This document shows, piece after piece, positions 50,251 through 60,249 of a DNA stretch of 64,000 nt (positions are counted from its first letter, which is position 1; every line of letters starts with the position of its first letter). A model generated the notes under the pieces. The model made no database searches. It was not told where the DNA came from and saw nothing but the letters and a program-made list of their open reading frames with translations. The translations under genes and the position numbers were made by a program. Source of the DNA: Spirochaetaceae bacterium (GTDB taxonomy: Bacteria > Spirochaetota > Spirochaetia > DSM-2461); contig OZ245056.1 of the NCBI GenBank assembly GCA_965224705.1, forward strand, positions 1,760,001 to 1,824,000, written 5' to 3'.

Positions 50251-51475
50251 GGTGCTCCTCCCGCTGGCTTTCGTCCTTAAGGAACAATCTCCAGGCCTCA
50301 CCATCAATGGCAGCGGCCGATATGAAAATATCCTTGTCTCCACGGCCGGACATGTTGACAACTATGTTTTTTCCCGGTCCCAGACTTCGTGCCAGATCCA
50401 GAGCGGCAGCTCCGGCATGAGCGGATTCCATGGCGAAAATCAATGCTTCTTCACGGGCAAAAAATTTCAGGGCTTCCAGGGCTTTCTTATCCGTGACACT
50501 GACGAATTGAATGCGTCCGGTTTCACCAAGTGCGGCTAACTGGGGGCCTATCCCTGCATAGTCCAGTCCGGCAGAAATTGAGTGAGTGGACAGAACCTGC
50601 CCATCGTCGTCGGTGAGAAAACGGCTCTTGTAACCCTGGACAATGCCCGGTTTTCCTTCCCTGGACATGCGAACGGCATTATTGCCCTTCCCGGGACCGC
50701 GTCCCCCTGCTTCGACTCCAAGAAGTATGGGTTTCTCCATATCGAGATAGGGTTCAAAGAATCCAATGGCATTGGATCCGCCGCCCACACAGGCTGCCAG
50801 GGCATCGGGAACTATATCTCCCATATCGGCAAGCTGGGCCCTGGTTTCCCTACCGATAATGGACTGAAACTCCCGTACCATATCGGGAAATGGAGATGGT
50901 CCAAGGGCAGAGCCCAGAAGGTAGTGGGTATCCTCCCAACTGGAGGCCCAGTCCCTGAGCGCTTCATTAACAGCATCTTTAAGAGTGCGGCTCCCCGATT
51001 TCACCGGACAGACTCTGGCCCCGAACAGTTCCATCCAGTAGACATTGGGCTGCTGCCTTCTGATGTCTTCTTCCCCCATGTAAACAACACATTCCAGTCC
51101 TGTACGGGCGCAGGAGGCTGCAACAGCCACGCCATGCTGACCAGCTCCTGTTTCCGCAATTATCCTTGTTTTTCCCATTCGCTTAGCCAGCAGGGCCTGA
51201 CCGGCGGCATTATTGATTTTATGAGCTCCTGTATTGGCCAAACCTTCCAGCTTGATATAGATATCCGCACCGCCAATGGCCGCCGAAGCATTTCTTGCCG
51301 GGAGAAGCGGGGTAGGACGGCCAATGTACTCCTTCTGAAAGACTTCATACTCAGCGATGAATTTTTCATCCCTCATAGCCGTCATGAATTCCTCTTCCAG
51401 CTGCTCAAGCGGCTGGCGCAGAACTTCGGCTGTATACCGTCCTCCATAGTGCCCAAAGAAACCTCTTTCACTCAT
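50240..51475 (-). CDS. trpB: Tryptophan synthase beta subunit
   Basis: TGAHKINN, ETGAGQHG, GGGSNA, SAGLDY, SGRGDKD. Confidence 0.97.
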   Translation of the reverse strand: MSERGFFGHYGGRYTAEVLRQPLEQLEEEFMTAMRDEKFIAEYEVFQKEYIGRPTPLLPARNASAAIGGADIYIKLEGLANTGAHKINNAAGQALLAKRMGKTRIIAETGAGQHGVAVAASCARTGLECVVYMGEEDIRRQQPNVYWMELFGARVCPVKSGSRTLKDAVNEALRDWASSWEDTHYLLGSALGPSPFPDMVREFQSIIGRETRAQLADMGDIVPDALAACVGGGSNAIGFFEPYLDMEKPILLGVEAGGRGPGKGNNAVRMSREGKPGIVQGYKSRFLTDDDGQVLSTHSISAGLDYAGIGPQLAALGETGRIQFVSVTDKKALEALKFFAREEALIFAMESAHAGAAALDLARSLGPGKNIVVNMSGRGDKDIFISAAAIDGEAWRLFLKDESQREEHHDL

Positions 51476-52928
51476 ATCCTGCTCTCCTGACGGCTTCCAT
51501 GAATCGGTATATTTTTTTCTCATCCTTCCATGCCTTTTTCTCATCGTTTCCTGTGACGCCAGTGGATACATCCACCAGAGCTGGATGGAATTCTCTGATA
51601 ATACCAGCCACATTCTCCGGGGTCAGTCCCCCAGCAAGCCATAAATGCCTCTGATTTGCTGCAGCTCTGACGATTTCAGGATTGAGCCGCCTGCCGCTGC
51701 CTCCCCTGATATCAGGAGAAAAGGCATCCACCAGAACAGCAGGACTTCCAGAGAAACCAATCTGCAGGGCATCTTCAGGCGATTGCAAATTGAGGGCCTT
51801 GTATGAAGGCCATGATTGAACTGTCGCCGGTGTTTCATCGCCATGGAACTGAATGAAGTCAAGAATTCCCTCTTCCAGGAGCCTGACAACATCGGCTGGC
51901 AATTCCTCTCCCGGAGAAAGAACAACCACACCCACTTTGAGCACCGGTAAATCCGCACAGGTGCGGATGAAATCCGTATCTATCTGGCGGGGAGATTCTG
52001 CCAGTACGAAACCCAGAAGATCGGCCCCTGCATCCATGGCCGTCCGGGCATCGTCCTTCCTTGTCAATCCGCAGATTTTTACCAGCGGTCTGCTTGAAGT
52101 GTATCGGGCATAAAGACGTGACCAGACGCCGTAACATCTTTCGGCTTCTCCTTTCTGTGACCATGCCTGAACAATCTTTGAAGTCAGATCCGGCTTCCGG
52201 GACACTGATTCTCCGACAAGGAAACCTGAAAAACCAGTGCCTCGTATGAAAAGAACATCGGAAGGCGTGGAAATTCCTGATTCATAAACAATATCACAGG
52301 GCCAGTCGATGAATGTCCGGATTTCCAGAGGTAGAAGTGGTTCCAGGCGAAAAAGCCTCAAATCCCGGCTGTTGATACCTACCAGAGGAGGGTGCAGGGG
52401 GCGTACTTTGTTAACATCGTCCCGGGTGTGGACCTCGACCAGACAGGTGAGACCAAGACTGTCGGCATATTCATACAAACGGCACAGTTCAGACTCATCC
52501 AGCAGGGCAGCGATGAGGAGAATGGCATCTGCTCCAGCCCTCCAGCTAACTTCCACGTCCTCCTCTGTTAGGAGAAAATCCTTCCTGAGAATGGATGCAT
52601 TCGGATGAGCCTTTTTTACAGCAATCAAATCCCCAAGGGTACCGCCGAAATGAGATTCTTCCGTAAGAACACTCATTCGATGGAATCCGGCTTTGATGTA
52701 TAATTCGGCTGAGGCTGCCGGTTCAGGAATGTCTGCAATACTTCCCTTTGAGGGACTTTTTCGCTTAATTTCGGCGATGAGAATTCCGGTATCAGTCGGG
52801 CGGTGGAAATTGATCAGCGGGGAGGTACGGGAAACAGGCAGTTTCAGCCCCTGGGAGGCTCCATATTTTTGTACACGCTGCATCCTGTCCCTGGTAATCT
52901 CCATCAGAATGTCTGGGATTTCATTCAT
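51468..52928 (-). CDS. trpCF: Bifunctional indole-3-glycerol-phosphate synthase / PRA isomerase
   Basis: IAEIKRKSPSKG, LRKDF, GINSRDL, then VKICGLT, QFHGDE, LAGGL. Confidence 0.93.
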   Translation of the reverse strand: MNEIPDILMEITRDRMQRVQKYGASQGLKLPVSRTSPLINFHRPTDTGILIAEIKRKSPSKGSIADIPEPAASAELYIKAGFHRMSVLTEESHFGGTLGDLIAVKKAHPNASILRKDFLLTEEDVEVSWRAGADAILLIAALLDESELCRLYEYADSLGLTCLVEVHTRDDVNKVRPLHPPLVGINSRDLRLFRLEPLLPLEIRTFIDWPCDIVYESGISTPSDVLFIRGTGFSGFLVGESVSRKPDLTSKIVQAWSQKGEAERCYGVWSRLYARYTSSRPLVKICGLTRKDDARTAMDAGADLLGFVLAESPRQIDTDFIRTCADLPVLKVGVVVLSPGEELPADVVRLLEEGILDFIQFHGDETPATVQSWPSYKALNLQSPEDALQIGFSGSPAVLVDAFSPDIRGGSGRRLNPEIVRAAANQRHLWLAGGLTPENVAGIIREFHPALVDVSTGVTGNDEKKAWKDEKKIYRFMEAVRRAGYE

Positions 52929-54543
52929 GTCTTCTCTGCAAAGCCTCAACTTTTTCCGCTACAAGTCCCCCTTCAAGGGCTTCCCTGGCTTTCTTGTAAC
53001 CATCTTGAATATCCAGGGCCAGTTCCGCAATGTAAAGAGCGGCCCCGGCGTTCAGACAAACTGCTTCGCGTATGGTTTCCGGTCCCCCTCCACGGAGAAT
53101 ATCCCTGGCGATACGAGCATTTTCAGCAGCATCCCCACCGACAAGATCATCCAGCGTACAGTCCGAAATCCCCAGAGATGCGGGATTGAATTGCGACTCG
53201 GATTCCGCTCCAGATTCATCAACCATGAACAGATCCGTTGGTGCTGCCGGAGAAATTTCATCCAGACCATCAACGGAGTGGACACAAAGAATCCTTTTGA
53301 CACCCAATGCCCTTGCCGCCCTGGCCATTATGGGCAGAAGCGACTTATGATAGACTCCGATGATCTGGTAATCTGCTCCCACCGGATTTGCCAGGGGGCC
53401 AAGGCAGTTCATAATAGTTTTTATGCCCAGTGTCTGGCGAACTGGCCCGGCATAACGCATGGCTCCATGATAAAGAGGGGCGGCCATGTAAGCAAATCCG
53501 TCCCGAGTAATGCTTGAGGCGGCATCCTGGGGGGGTAAATCCGTTGGAATACCAAGGGCATTAAAGAAATCGGTGCTCCCGGACCGGGAACTTACCGAAC
53601 GGTTACCGTGTTTGGCCACTACAGCTCCACACGCTGCTGCAATCAAGGCTGAAAATGAGGAGATATTGAACGTATTCTTCCCATCGCCTCCGGTGCCGCA
53701 GGTATCCAGCACGCCCTTTATATCAAGATCGACGGAACGGCATTTGTCAACGAGAACTGAAACGAATCCAGCCAGTTCATTGTGGGTGAATCCCTTGGTG
53801 GAAAGGGCTGTAAGCATGCCGGCAATGATGATTTCATTGATGCTTCCCTCCGTGAGTTCATCCATAAATGCCGCTGCTTCATCCTGGCTGAGATCTGTTC
53901 CCTCGATGACCCGGGTCAACAAAGTCTGGCAATTCAGGGGGTTGCGCCGCCAGTGCAGAAAGTTTCTAAACAGGGATTCACCGTTTTCAGATCCAATGGA
54001 TTCCGGATGAAACTGAACGCCTTCAACAGGCCACTTGCAATGCCGGAGACCCATAATCTCGCCATCTTTTGTTCTGGCACTGATTTCCAACTCAGGGGGG
54101 ATGGAGGAAGGATTGACCGCCAGGGAATGGTAGCGAGTAAATTGAGAGGGATTGGGCAGGTTTCGCAGCACTCCTTTCCCGTCAACGAAAATCGGATCCA
54201 CCTTACCATGTACGATGGATTTTGCCTGTACGATTTCGCCCCCGAAAGCCTCGGCAATGGCCTGATGACCAAGGCAGATTCCCAGTATGGGTACCTTGCC
54301 TGCAAATTTCTTGATGACTTCTACCGAAATACCGGCCTCTGACGGTATGCCGGGTCCTGCGGAAATGATTATTCGATCCACAGGCAGTTTCCCAAGTTCA
54401 TCGACTGTAATCTGATCGTTTCGAAACACCCGAACCTCAGAGTCGGGTTCATTCTCAATCAAGCAGCTGACCATCTGGTAGATATTGTAGGTGAAGGAAT
54501 CATAATTATCGATGAGAGCTATACAGCGTTGAGAATTGCTCAT
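52921..54543 (-). CDS. trpGD: Bifunctional anthranilate synthase component II / anthranilate phosphoribosyltransferase
   Basis: IDNYDSFTYN, GICLGHQ, QFHPES, then DTCGTGGDG, KHGNRSVSS. Confidence 0.95.
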   Translation of the reverse strand: MSNSQRCIALIDNYDSFTYNIYQMVSCLIENEPDSEVRVFRNDQITVDELGKLPVDRIIISAGPGIPSEAGISVEVIKKFAGKVPILGICLGHQAIAEAFGGEIVQAKSIVHGKVDPIFVDGKGVLRNLPNPSQFTRYHSLAVNPSSIPPELEISARTKDGEIMGLRHCKWPVEGVQFHPESIGSENGESLFRNFLHWRRNPLNCQTLLTRVIEGTDLSQDEAAAFMDELTEGSINEIIIAGMLTALSTKGFTHNELAGFVSVLVDKCRSVDLDIKGVLDTCGTGGDGKNTFNISSFSALIAAACGAVVAKHGNRSVSSRSGSTDFFNALGIPTDLPPQDAASSITRDGFAYMAAPLYHGAMRYAGPVRQTLGIKTIMNCLGPLANPVGADYQIIGVYHKSLLPIMARAARALGVKRILCVHSVDGLDEISPAAPTDLFMVDESGAESESQFNPASLGISDCTLDDLVGGDAAENARIARDILRGGGPETIREAVCLNAGAALYIAELALDIQDGYKKAREALEGGLVAEKVEALQRRHE

Positions 54544-54544
54544 A

Positions 54545-55954
54545 CTACACCACCACTCCAGCCGCCAGGGCCAGAGCTCTTAATTTCTCATTGGTTTCTT
54601 CGAGTTCCCTCTCAGGATCTGAATCATAGACAATGCCCCCCCCGGCTTGAAGGAACAGGCGGTTCTCCTTCTTCAAGGCCGTGCGAATTGAAATACAGGT
54701 ATCCAGTGTTCCCCCCGGCTCAAGGTATCCCACCAGACCTGCATAGAAGGAACGGGGCATCTTCTCAATGGCCGTCACTGTTTTCACGGCCTGTATCTTC
54801 GGGGCCCCGGACACTGTTCCGGCGGGGAAGGTGGCCCTGATAATATCAGCGGCTGTTTTCCCTTCTGCCATCCGACCCTCCACCTGACTCACAAGATGCA
54901 TCACCTTTGAATACTTTTCCACGGTCATCATTTCAGTCACCTGAATAGAACCAACGTCACAGACCCTTCCTAAATCATTGCGTCCCAGATCAACCAGCAT
55001 CAGATGCTCAGCCCGTTCCTTTTCATCCGCCAGGAGTTCGGCAGCAAGGGCCCTGTCTTCGGCTTCATTTTTTCCGCGCCTCCGGGTTCCGGCTATGGGC
55101 CGCAATATGACCCGATCCTGATTGACTTTTACATGTACCTCGGGAGATGCACCAAACAGTTGATAGTGATCATAATCCAGATAAAACTGATATGGCGAGG
55201 GATTGGAACTTCGCAATGCTCGATATGCCTCCAGTGCCGGCATTTCAGTAGCGATTTCAAGCCGACGGGATGGAACAGCCTGGAGCAGGTTCCCTTTTAT
55301 TATTTCCTGGCGGATCTGACCAACAGCTGATTTATAGGCCCTGTTCTCTTCCTTTGCAGATGCAATAATTGCAGGATAAGTGCCGGGGTTCTCCATCATG
55401 TAATTGAAGTTCATATCCTGTATCTTTGCCTCAGTCCTGTCGAGGACTTCGTCCAGGTCCATGTCATCATCCCCATAGTTGACCCCAAGAATCTGGATGA
55501 GGTCAGTATAGTGATCAAAGATGATATACACATGGCCAAAGATGAAAGCAGCCAGGGGGAGTTCCAGTGGATCGTCTCTGCTGGGAATCTCCATCCTGTC
55601 GCAGCGAGAGGCAAATTCAAACGAAAGGAACCCAATTCCGCCAGCGGGAAATGGGAACTCATACTCCTTATGAGACAACTGTGCTGCGATTTCACTCAGT
55701 ACATCCAGAATATCCTCCCCCGGCTTTCCGATTGCTCTTCGTTCTTTTCCCCGATAAAGAAATACATCATTTCCTTCCTGCCTCACCTGAAAGGCTTCTT
55801 TTATCAGAAGAACAGAATAACGCTCCCTCCCCCGGGAGAGTGATGAGGATTCAAGGATGACTCTGGCTCCAAGTTTACTTGCCAGTCCAAAGGGTGTGTG
55901 TTTTTCTCCCGGCAAAGTGCGGGTTGTGCTCGTTCCAGTGAATTGGGCAGTCAT
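54545..55954 (-). CDS. trpE: Anthranilate synthase component I
   Basis: NPSPY, PIAGTRRRG, EHLMLVDLGRND, PAGTVSGAPK. Confidence 0.96.
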   Translation of the reverse strand: MTAQFTGTSTTRTLPGEKHTPFGLASKLGARVILESSSLSRGRERYSVLLIKEAFQVRQEGNDVFLYRGKERRAIGKPGEDILDVLSEIAAQLSHKEYEFPFPAGGIGFLSFEFASRCDRMEIPSRDDPLELPLAAFIFGHVYIIFDHYTDLIQILGVNYGDDDMDLDEVLDRTEAKIQDMNFNYMMENPGTYPAIIASAKEENRAYKSAVGQIRQEIIKGNLLQAVPSRRLEIATEMPALEAYRALRSSNPSPYQFYLDYDHYQLFGASPEVHVKVNQDRVILRPIAGTRRRGKNEAEDRALAAELLADEKERAEHLMLVDLGRNDLGRVCDVGSIQVTEMMTVEKYSKVMHLVSQVEGRMAEGKTAADIIRATFPAGTVSGAPKIQAVKTVTAIEKMPRSFYAGLVGYLEPGGTLDTCISIRTALKKENRLFLQAGGGIVYDSDPERELEETNEKLRALALAAGVVV

Positions 55955-56079
55955 TGTATTCAGTCCTTTGTGTTTCTATGTATAGATACAGCAGTTTACT
56001 CAGGAGCATATGAAGTCGCTGTACTTTTGTCAACAGGAGCCAATGATTTCAGTTCCACACCTGCCATGTCAGAAAAATA

Positions 56080-56108
56080 TTGACTTTCCAGAGAGTTTTT
56101 AATATATT
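56080..56108 (+). promoter_or_regulatory. Putative sigma70 promoter of the LPP20-like gene
   Basis: TTGACT-17-TATATT. Confidence 0.5.
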
Positions 56109-56157
56109 CCTCTGAATAGTCAACAAAATGAGCCTCCCTGTGAGGTGAGGAGAAAAA

Positions 56158-56790
56158 ATGAAAAAGAGTTTTATCAGTAATCTTGTTTTAGTCAGCGGTA
56201 TTGTTGTCATGGCCCTGGCATCCTGTGCCTCGAGACCTGCTCCTGCTGCAGCTGGAGCACCACCTATGGAGAAGAAAGCGAAGTCCCCCCCGAAGGAACG
56301 ACGTGATCTGCCTGACTTCTTCCTGAGTCCACCGGCTCCTGAGGATCAGTATGTTGGCCTTGGAATGGCCAAATTCAAGGATGACAATTTATCCAGAACG
56401 ACGGCATTGGCTCGTGCCCGTGCTGATATTGCCACCCAGGTTTCAGTCGTCGTTGAGTCAATGCTGACCGACTATGCACAGGAATCAGGCACAGATACCA
56501 ATACTCAAACCCTTACCTTTGTTGAACGAATATCAAAGGAAGTTGCCAATATTGAGTTGAGTGGTGCAATAACCAAAGAGCAATATCCTGCCAGTGATGG
56601 AACATGGTACGTGATGGTGTTTTTCCCGAAAGCCATGATGCTTGACGAGGTTCAGGAAGTCTTCAATAGAAATGAAGATGCTGCTTTTGCCGAATTCAAG
56701 GCTGGACAGGCCCTTGATCGTCTGAATGCTGAGCTGGCCAATAATCCACCGAAATCAGCAGGTCTGGAGTCACCGGTTAACAAGGAATAG
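56158..56790 (+). CDS. LPP20-like lipoprotein
   Basis: Lipobox LASC; ALARARADIATQV helix pattern. Confidence 0.7.
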   Translation: MKKSFISNLVLVSGIVVMALASCASRPAPAAAGAPPMEKKAKSPPKERRDLPDFFLSPPAPEDQYVGLGMAKFKDDNLSRTTALARARADIATQVSVVVESMLTDYAQESGTDTNTQTLTFVERISKEVANIELSGAITKEQYPASDGTWYVMVFFPKAMMLDEVQEVFNRNEDAAFAEFKAGQALDRLNAELANNPPKSAGLESPVNKE

Positions 56791-56800
56791 TTGAAATCAG

Positions 56801-56831
56801 CTGGAGTCTGACAGTTTAAGACAGGCTCCAG
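56801..56831 (+). terminator. Stem-loop after the LPP20-like gene (family A-like arms)
   Basis: CTGGAGTCTG ... CAGGCTCCAG. Confidence 0.55.
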
Positions 56832-56883
56832 TCTGGTACTGCTTTCCCTGCTCTCAAAGCACCTGCTTCTTCCTGAGAGTGAG

Positions 56884-56900
56884 AGTCCGACAGATTCCTA
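56884..56900 (-). repeat. Family A repeat end
   Basis: Reverse complement reads TAGGAATCTGTCGGACT. Confidence 0.65.
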
Positions 56901-56964
56901 ACTTCCTGTGAGTTTTCTTTTCTTGCTTCCTGCCTGACTCACCAGCCGTTAAGTAAATTATTGA

Positions 56965-57182
56965 GTGTCAGGAAGCTTGTTGATGAATTCATTTCTTCCA
57001 TCAAAAGTTTAAAACCTGATAAAACAATCATTTATACCACACCTGCCGGAAAAACATCTCATAATTCCAGAGAGTGATGCTCTGAATTACAGATGCTATT
57101 CAGTAAGAAATGACTGTATCAGACGAGAAACTTCACCTGGTCGGGTTTAAATAGAATCAGACTACAACAGGCTTCCTGACAC
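56965..57182. mobile_element. MITE-like element, family B, copy 2
   Basis: GTGTCAGGAAGCTTGTTG ... CAACAGGCTTCCTGACAC (1 mismatch in 18). Confidence 0.72.
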
Positions 57183-57282
57183 AATGTACGGATTAAGAGA
57201 TAATCCTGTATACAGCATCTGTCTGGCTATTCATTTTTCTTAGAATCATCTACGATTTGAAACAGATCTTAACCTGCAAATA

Positions 57283-58734
57283 ATGGAGTCTCTCTTGTCC
57301 AATCACATACCGTCACTTCCGCTGGATCTTGCTCTTGAGAACAAAGTTCGAGACATATCGACAGCTGAACTTGGATATAAGGAAATGCAGTTATCAGAAC
57401 TTGAAATGCCGGGTTTGATGGCTGTTATACAAAAATACGGAAGAAACAAGCCACTGAAGGGGCTCAAAGTTTCCGGTTCGCTTCACATGACAATACAAAC
57501 AGCAATGCTCATAAAAACACTGTATGAATTGGGAGCGGATCTTCGATGGGCATCCTGTAATATTTTCTCCACCCAGGACCATGCTGCCGCAGCCATTGCT
57601 GATTCCGGTATGGCCAGTGTTTTTGCCTGGAAGGATGAAACTCTTGAAGAGTATTGGTGGTGCACTGAGATGGCATTGACATGGCCTGACGCTTCAGGCC
57701 CGGACCTCATCGTTGATGATGGAGGTGATGCCACTCTCTTGATTCATAGAGGCGTTGAAGTGGAAAGGAATTCCTCAATACTGGAGAAGACATATCCTGT
57801 TAAGGAGGAAGCAATCTTGATGAGCCGACTGGCATTATCCTATAGGAACAGTCCGACAAAATGGACAAAGATGGCCAGAAATGTTCGGGGTGTGTCTGAA
57901 GAAACCACCACAGGTATTCGTCGGCTCTATCAGATGGAAAAAGACGAAAAACTGCTGTTTCCTGCCTTCAACATCAACGACTCAGTAACCAAGTCAAAGT
58001 TTGATAACCTTTACGGATGCCGTGAATCGCTTGTTGATGGCATTAAACGAGCAACCGACATTATGATTGCCGGTAAAAAGGTGGTTGTTCTTGGTTATGG
58101 GGATGTGGGAAAGGGTTGTGCTCAATCAATGAGGGGAATGGGAGCACGGGTACTGATCACTGAAATTGATCCTGTTTGTGCATTGCAGGCAGCAATGGAA
58201 GGCTATGAAGTTGTTACAATGGAGGATGTCGTTGAAAACGGGGACATCTTTATAACTGCAACTGGAAATCTCAATGTAATCAGTGGAAAGATGATGGAGC
58301 GCATGAAAGACGAAGTCATTATCTGTAATATTGGTCATTTTGACAATGAAATAGAAATGTCATATCTTGAGAACAATCCCGGATGTCTGCGTGAGAATAT
58401 TAAGCCGCAGGTTGATAGATGGAAGTTAGAATCCGGCCATTCAATAATTGTACTGGCTGAAGGACGGCTGGTCAATCTTGGATGTGCGACAGGACATCCT
58501 TCATTTGTAATGTCCAATTCTTTTACAAACCAGGCTCTCGCCCAAATTGAACTGGCAACGAATTCCAGTCTACTCAAAAAGGTGTATACCCTTCCCAGAA
58601 AACTGGATGAAGAAGTGGCTCGTCTGCACCTGGATCGAATTGGTGCAAAATTAACAACCCTTACCCGGGAGCAGGCTGACTACCTGCAGATTTCAATAGA
58701 CGGACCATTTAAATCAGAGTACTATCGATATTAA
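57283..58734 (+). CDS. ahcY: Adenosylhomocysteinase
   Basis: [46 protein letters not shown]. Confidence 0.98.
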   Translation: MESLLSNHIPSLPLDLALENKVRDISTAELGYKEMQLSELEMPGLMAVIQKYGRNKPLKGLKVSGSLHMTIQTAMLIKTLYELGADLRWASCNIFSTQDHAAAAIADSGMASVFAWKDETLEEYWWCTEMALTWPDASGPDLIVDDGGDATLLIHRGVEVERNSSILEKTYPVKEEAILMSRLALSYRNSPTKWTKMARNVRGVSEETTTGIRRLYQMEKDEKLLFPAFNINDSVTKSKFDNLYGCRESLVDGIKRATDIMIAGKKVVVLGYGDVGKGCAQSMRGMGARVLITEIDPVCALQAAMEGYEVVTMEDVVENGDIFITATGNLNVISGKMMERMKDEVIICNIGHFDNEIEMSYLENNPGCLRENIKPQVDRWKLESGHSIIVLAEGRLVNLGCATGHPSFVMSNSFTNQALAQIELATNSSLLKKVYTLPRKLDEEVARLHLDRIGAKLTTLTREQADYLQISIDGPFKSEYYRY

Positions 58735-58735
58735 A

Positions 58736-60175
58736 ATGGAAAAGAATAAAGCAGCTCGGGTTTTGGAACTACTCAACACCATTCTTGACAGTCCTGAGAG
58801 TGAGAAAATGCTGAACTCCTTAGGAATAGCAATATATAATCACAATCAACAAAGCCTTCTGTCAAAAGGCATCTGGAAAAAAATTGATGATTTAGAGGAT
58901 TCATGGTTCACTCTGCTTCACCCTGATGACAGAGAACGGGTCAAATTGGATCGACAGGCATTGTTCCGAGGTCAGCATGATTACTCCAGAGCTATTTATC
59001 GAATTCTCAATGATGATGGGAAATGGTGTTGGATTTCAGAAAAAAATGGAGTTTTGCTCAGAAATGACAATGATTCCCCATGGTTAACCATTGGGATTGG
59101 TGAAGTCTTACAGGATGTTGGAGATAAGAACGAGTCTGATTTCCAGAAAGCATGGGAAGCCGATATTCTGATTTCTACGATTGAAGTCATTATGTCAAGT
59201 CTCAATTTAGATGACACTGTCCAGCGAATTCTTGAACAGGCGGAACTGCTGATACCCTATGATCGGGCGACTATTCAAATACTGCATGATGGTTTTCTGA
59301 AAGTCTTCGGCAGTATGGGTTTTCCTGAATCAGAATCCCCAGAGGGTACCAGGTTTCCTTATCCGGAAGAAGGATCTTTGAGTACAAGGGCAATACAGGA
59401 ACGTCGACCATGGCTGAGCGATGATATTACCAGAGATTTTCCCCGATACCAGCAAGATTTAAATAAAAAGAATACTTCTCGATCCATGTTGAGTGTACCG
59501 CTGATCGCTCATGGGGATGTCATAGGATTACTGGAATTCAGCAGCAACCAGGTGAGTTTCTATAAGAAAAGACATCTTGAATCAGCCCAGGCATTTGCCA
59601 GCCCGGTTGCAATAGCATTGGAAAATTCCCGAATGCACAATGAAACTTATCAGCTTGCGATGACAGACGGTCTTACAGGAATCGGCAGTCGTCATGCATT
59701 TGATTTTAACAGTAAGTATTATCTGGAAAGAGCCAGGAGGGAGGGACGAAATCTTTCTTTTGCCATGCTTGATTTAGACTGGTTTAAGAAGGTCAATGAC
59801 GATTTTGGACACCTGATGGGGGATAAGGTACTGCAAACAGTCTGTCATACCTGTCAGAAAAAACTCAGGATCACTGATTTCATTGCACGCTATGGTGGTG
59901 AAGAGATTATCATCCTTTTTCCCGATACTTCCGTAGAAACCGCAGAACAAATTGTCAAGAGGATCTGTCAGGAAGTTTCACAATTGAAAATAGAAGGTAT
60001 AAACCGCCCGATTACCCTGAGTGCCGGTATCACATCCTTTTCTCCTGCGATGGACACAGATCTGAACGATTTAATCAGGGCCGCCGATGAAGCACTCTAT
60101 CAATCGAAGGCAAACGGAAGAAACCGCATCACTGTTTATCAAAAGAAGAGAAGCACTAACCGGCGGAGAGCCTGA
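58736..60175 (+). CDS. PAS-GAF-GGDEF diguanylate cyclase
   Basis: LHPDDRE PAS; GAF region; DLDWFKKVND, RITD I-site, RYGGEEI. Confidence 0.92.
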   Translation: MEKNKAARVLELLNTILDSPESEKMLNSLGIAIYNHNQQSLLSKGIWKKIDDLEDSWFTLLHPDDRERVKLDRQALFRGQHDYSRAIYRILNDDGKWCWISEKNGVLLRNDNDSPWLTIGIGEVLQDVGDKNESDFQKAWEADILISTIEVIMSSLNLDDTVQRILEQAELLIPYDRATIQILHDGFLKVFGSMGFPESESPEGTRFPYPEEGSLSTRAIQERRPWLSDDITRDFPRYQQDLNKKNTSRSMLSVPLIAHGDVIGLLEFSSNQVSFYKKRHLESAQAFASPVAIALENSRMHNETYQLAMTDGLTGIGSRHAFDFNSKYYLERARREGRNLSFAMLDLDWFKKVNDDFGHLMGDKVLQTVCHTCQKKLRITDFIARYGGEEIIILFPDTSVETAEQIVKRICQEVSQLKIEGINRPITLSAGITSFSPAMDTDLNDLIRAADEALYQSKANGRNRITVYQKKRSTNRRRA

Positions 60176-60249
60176 AAGGTGTCCTAAAAATATGAGTTTC
60201 ATGGAGGCGCACAGTAGAGTATTCATGTGCTTTCAATTAATATGAAATT

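Noticed and set aside
50582..51490. Long antisense ORFs (also 3046-3738, 52693-53517, 9443-10045, 34882-35457)
   Set aside because: Shadows of well-supported genes on the opposite strand, with no recognisable motifs
55955..56157. trp attenuator or T-box upstream of trpE
   Set aside because: No Trp-codon leader peptide or T-box motif recognised
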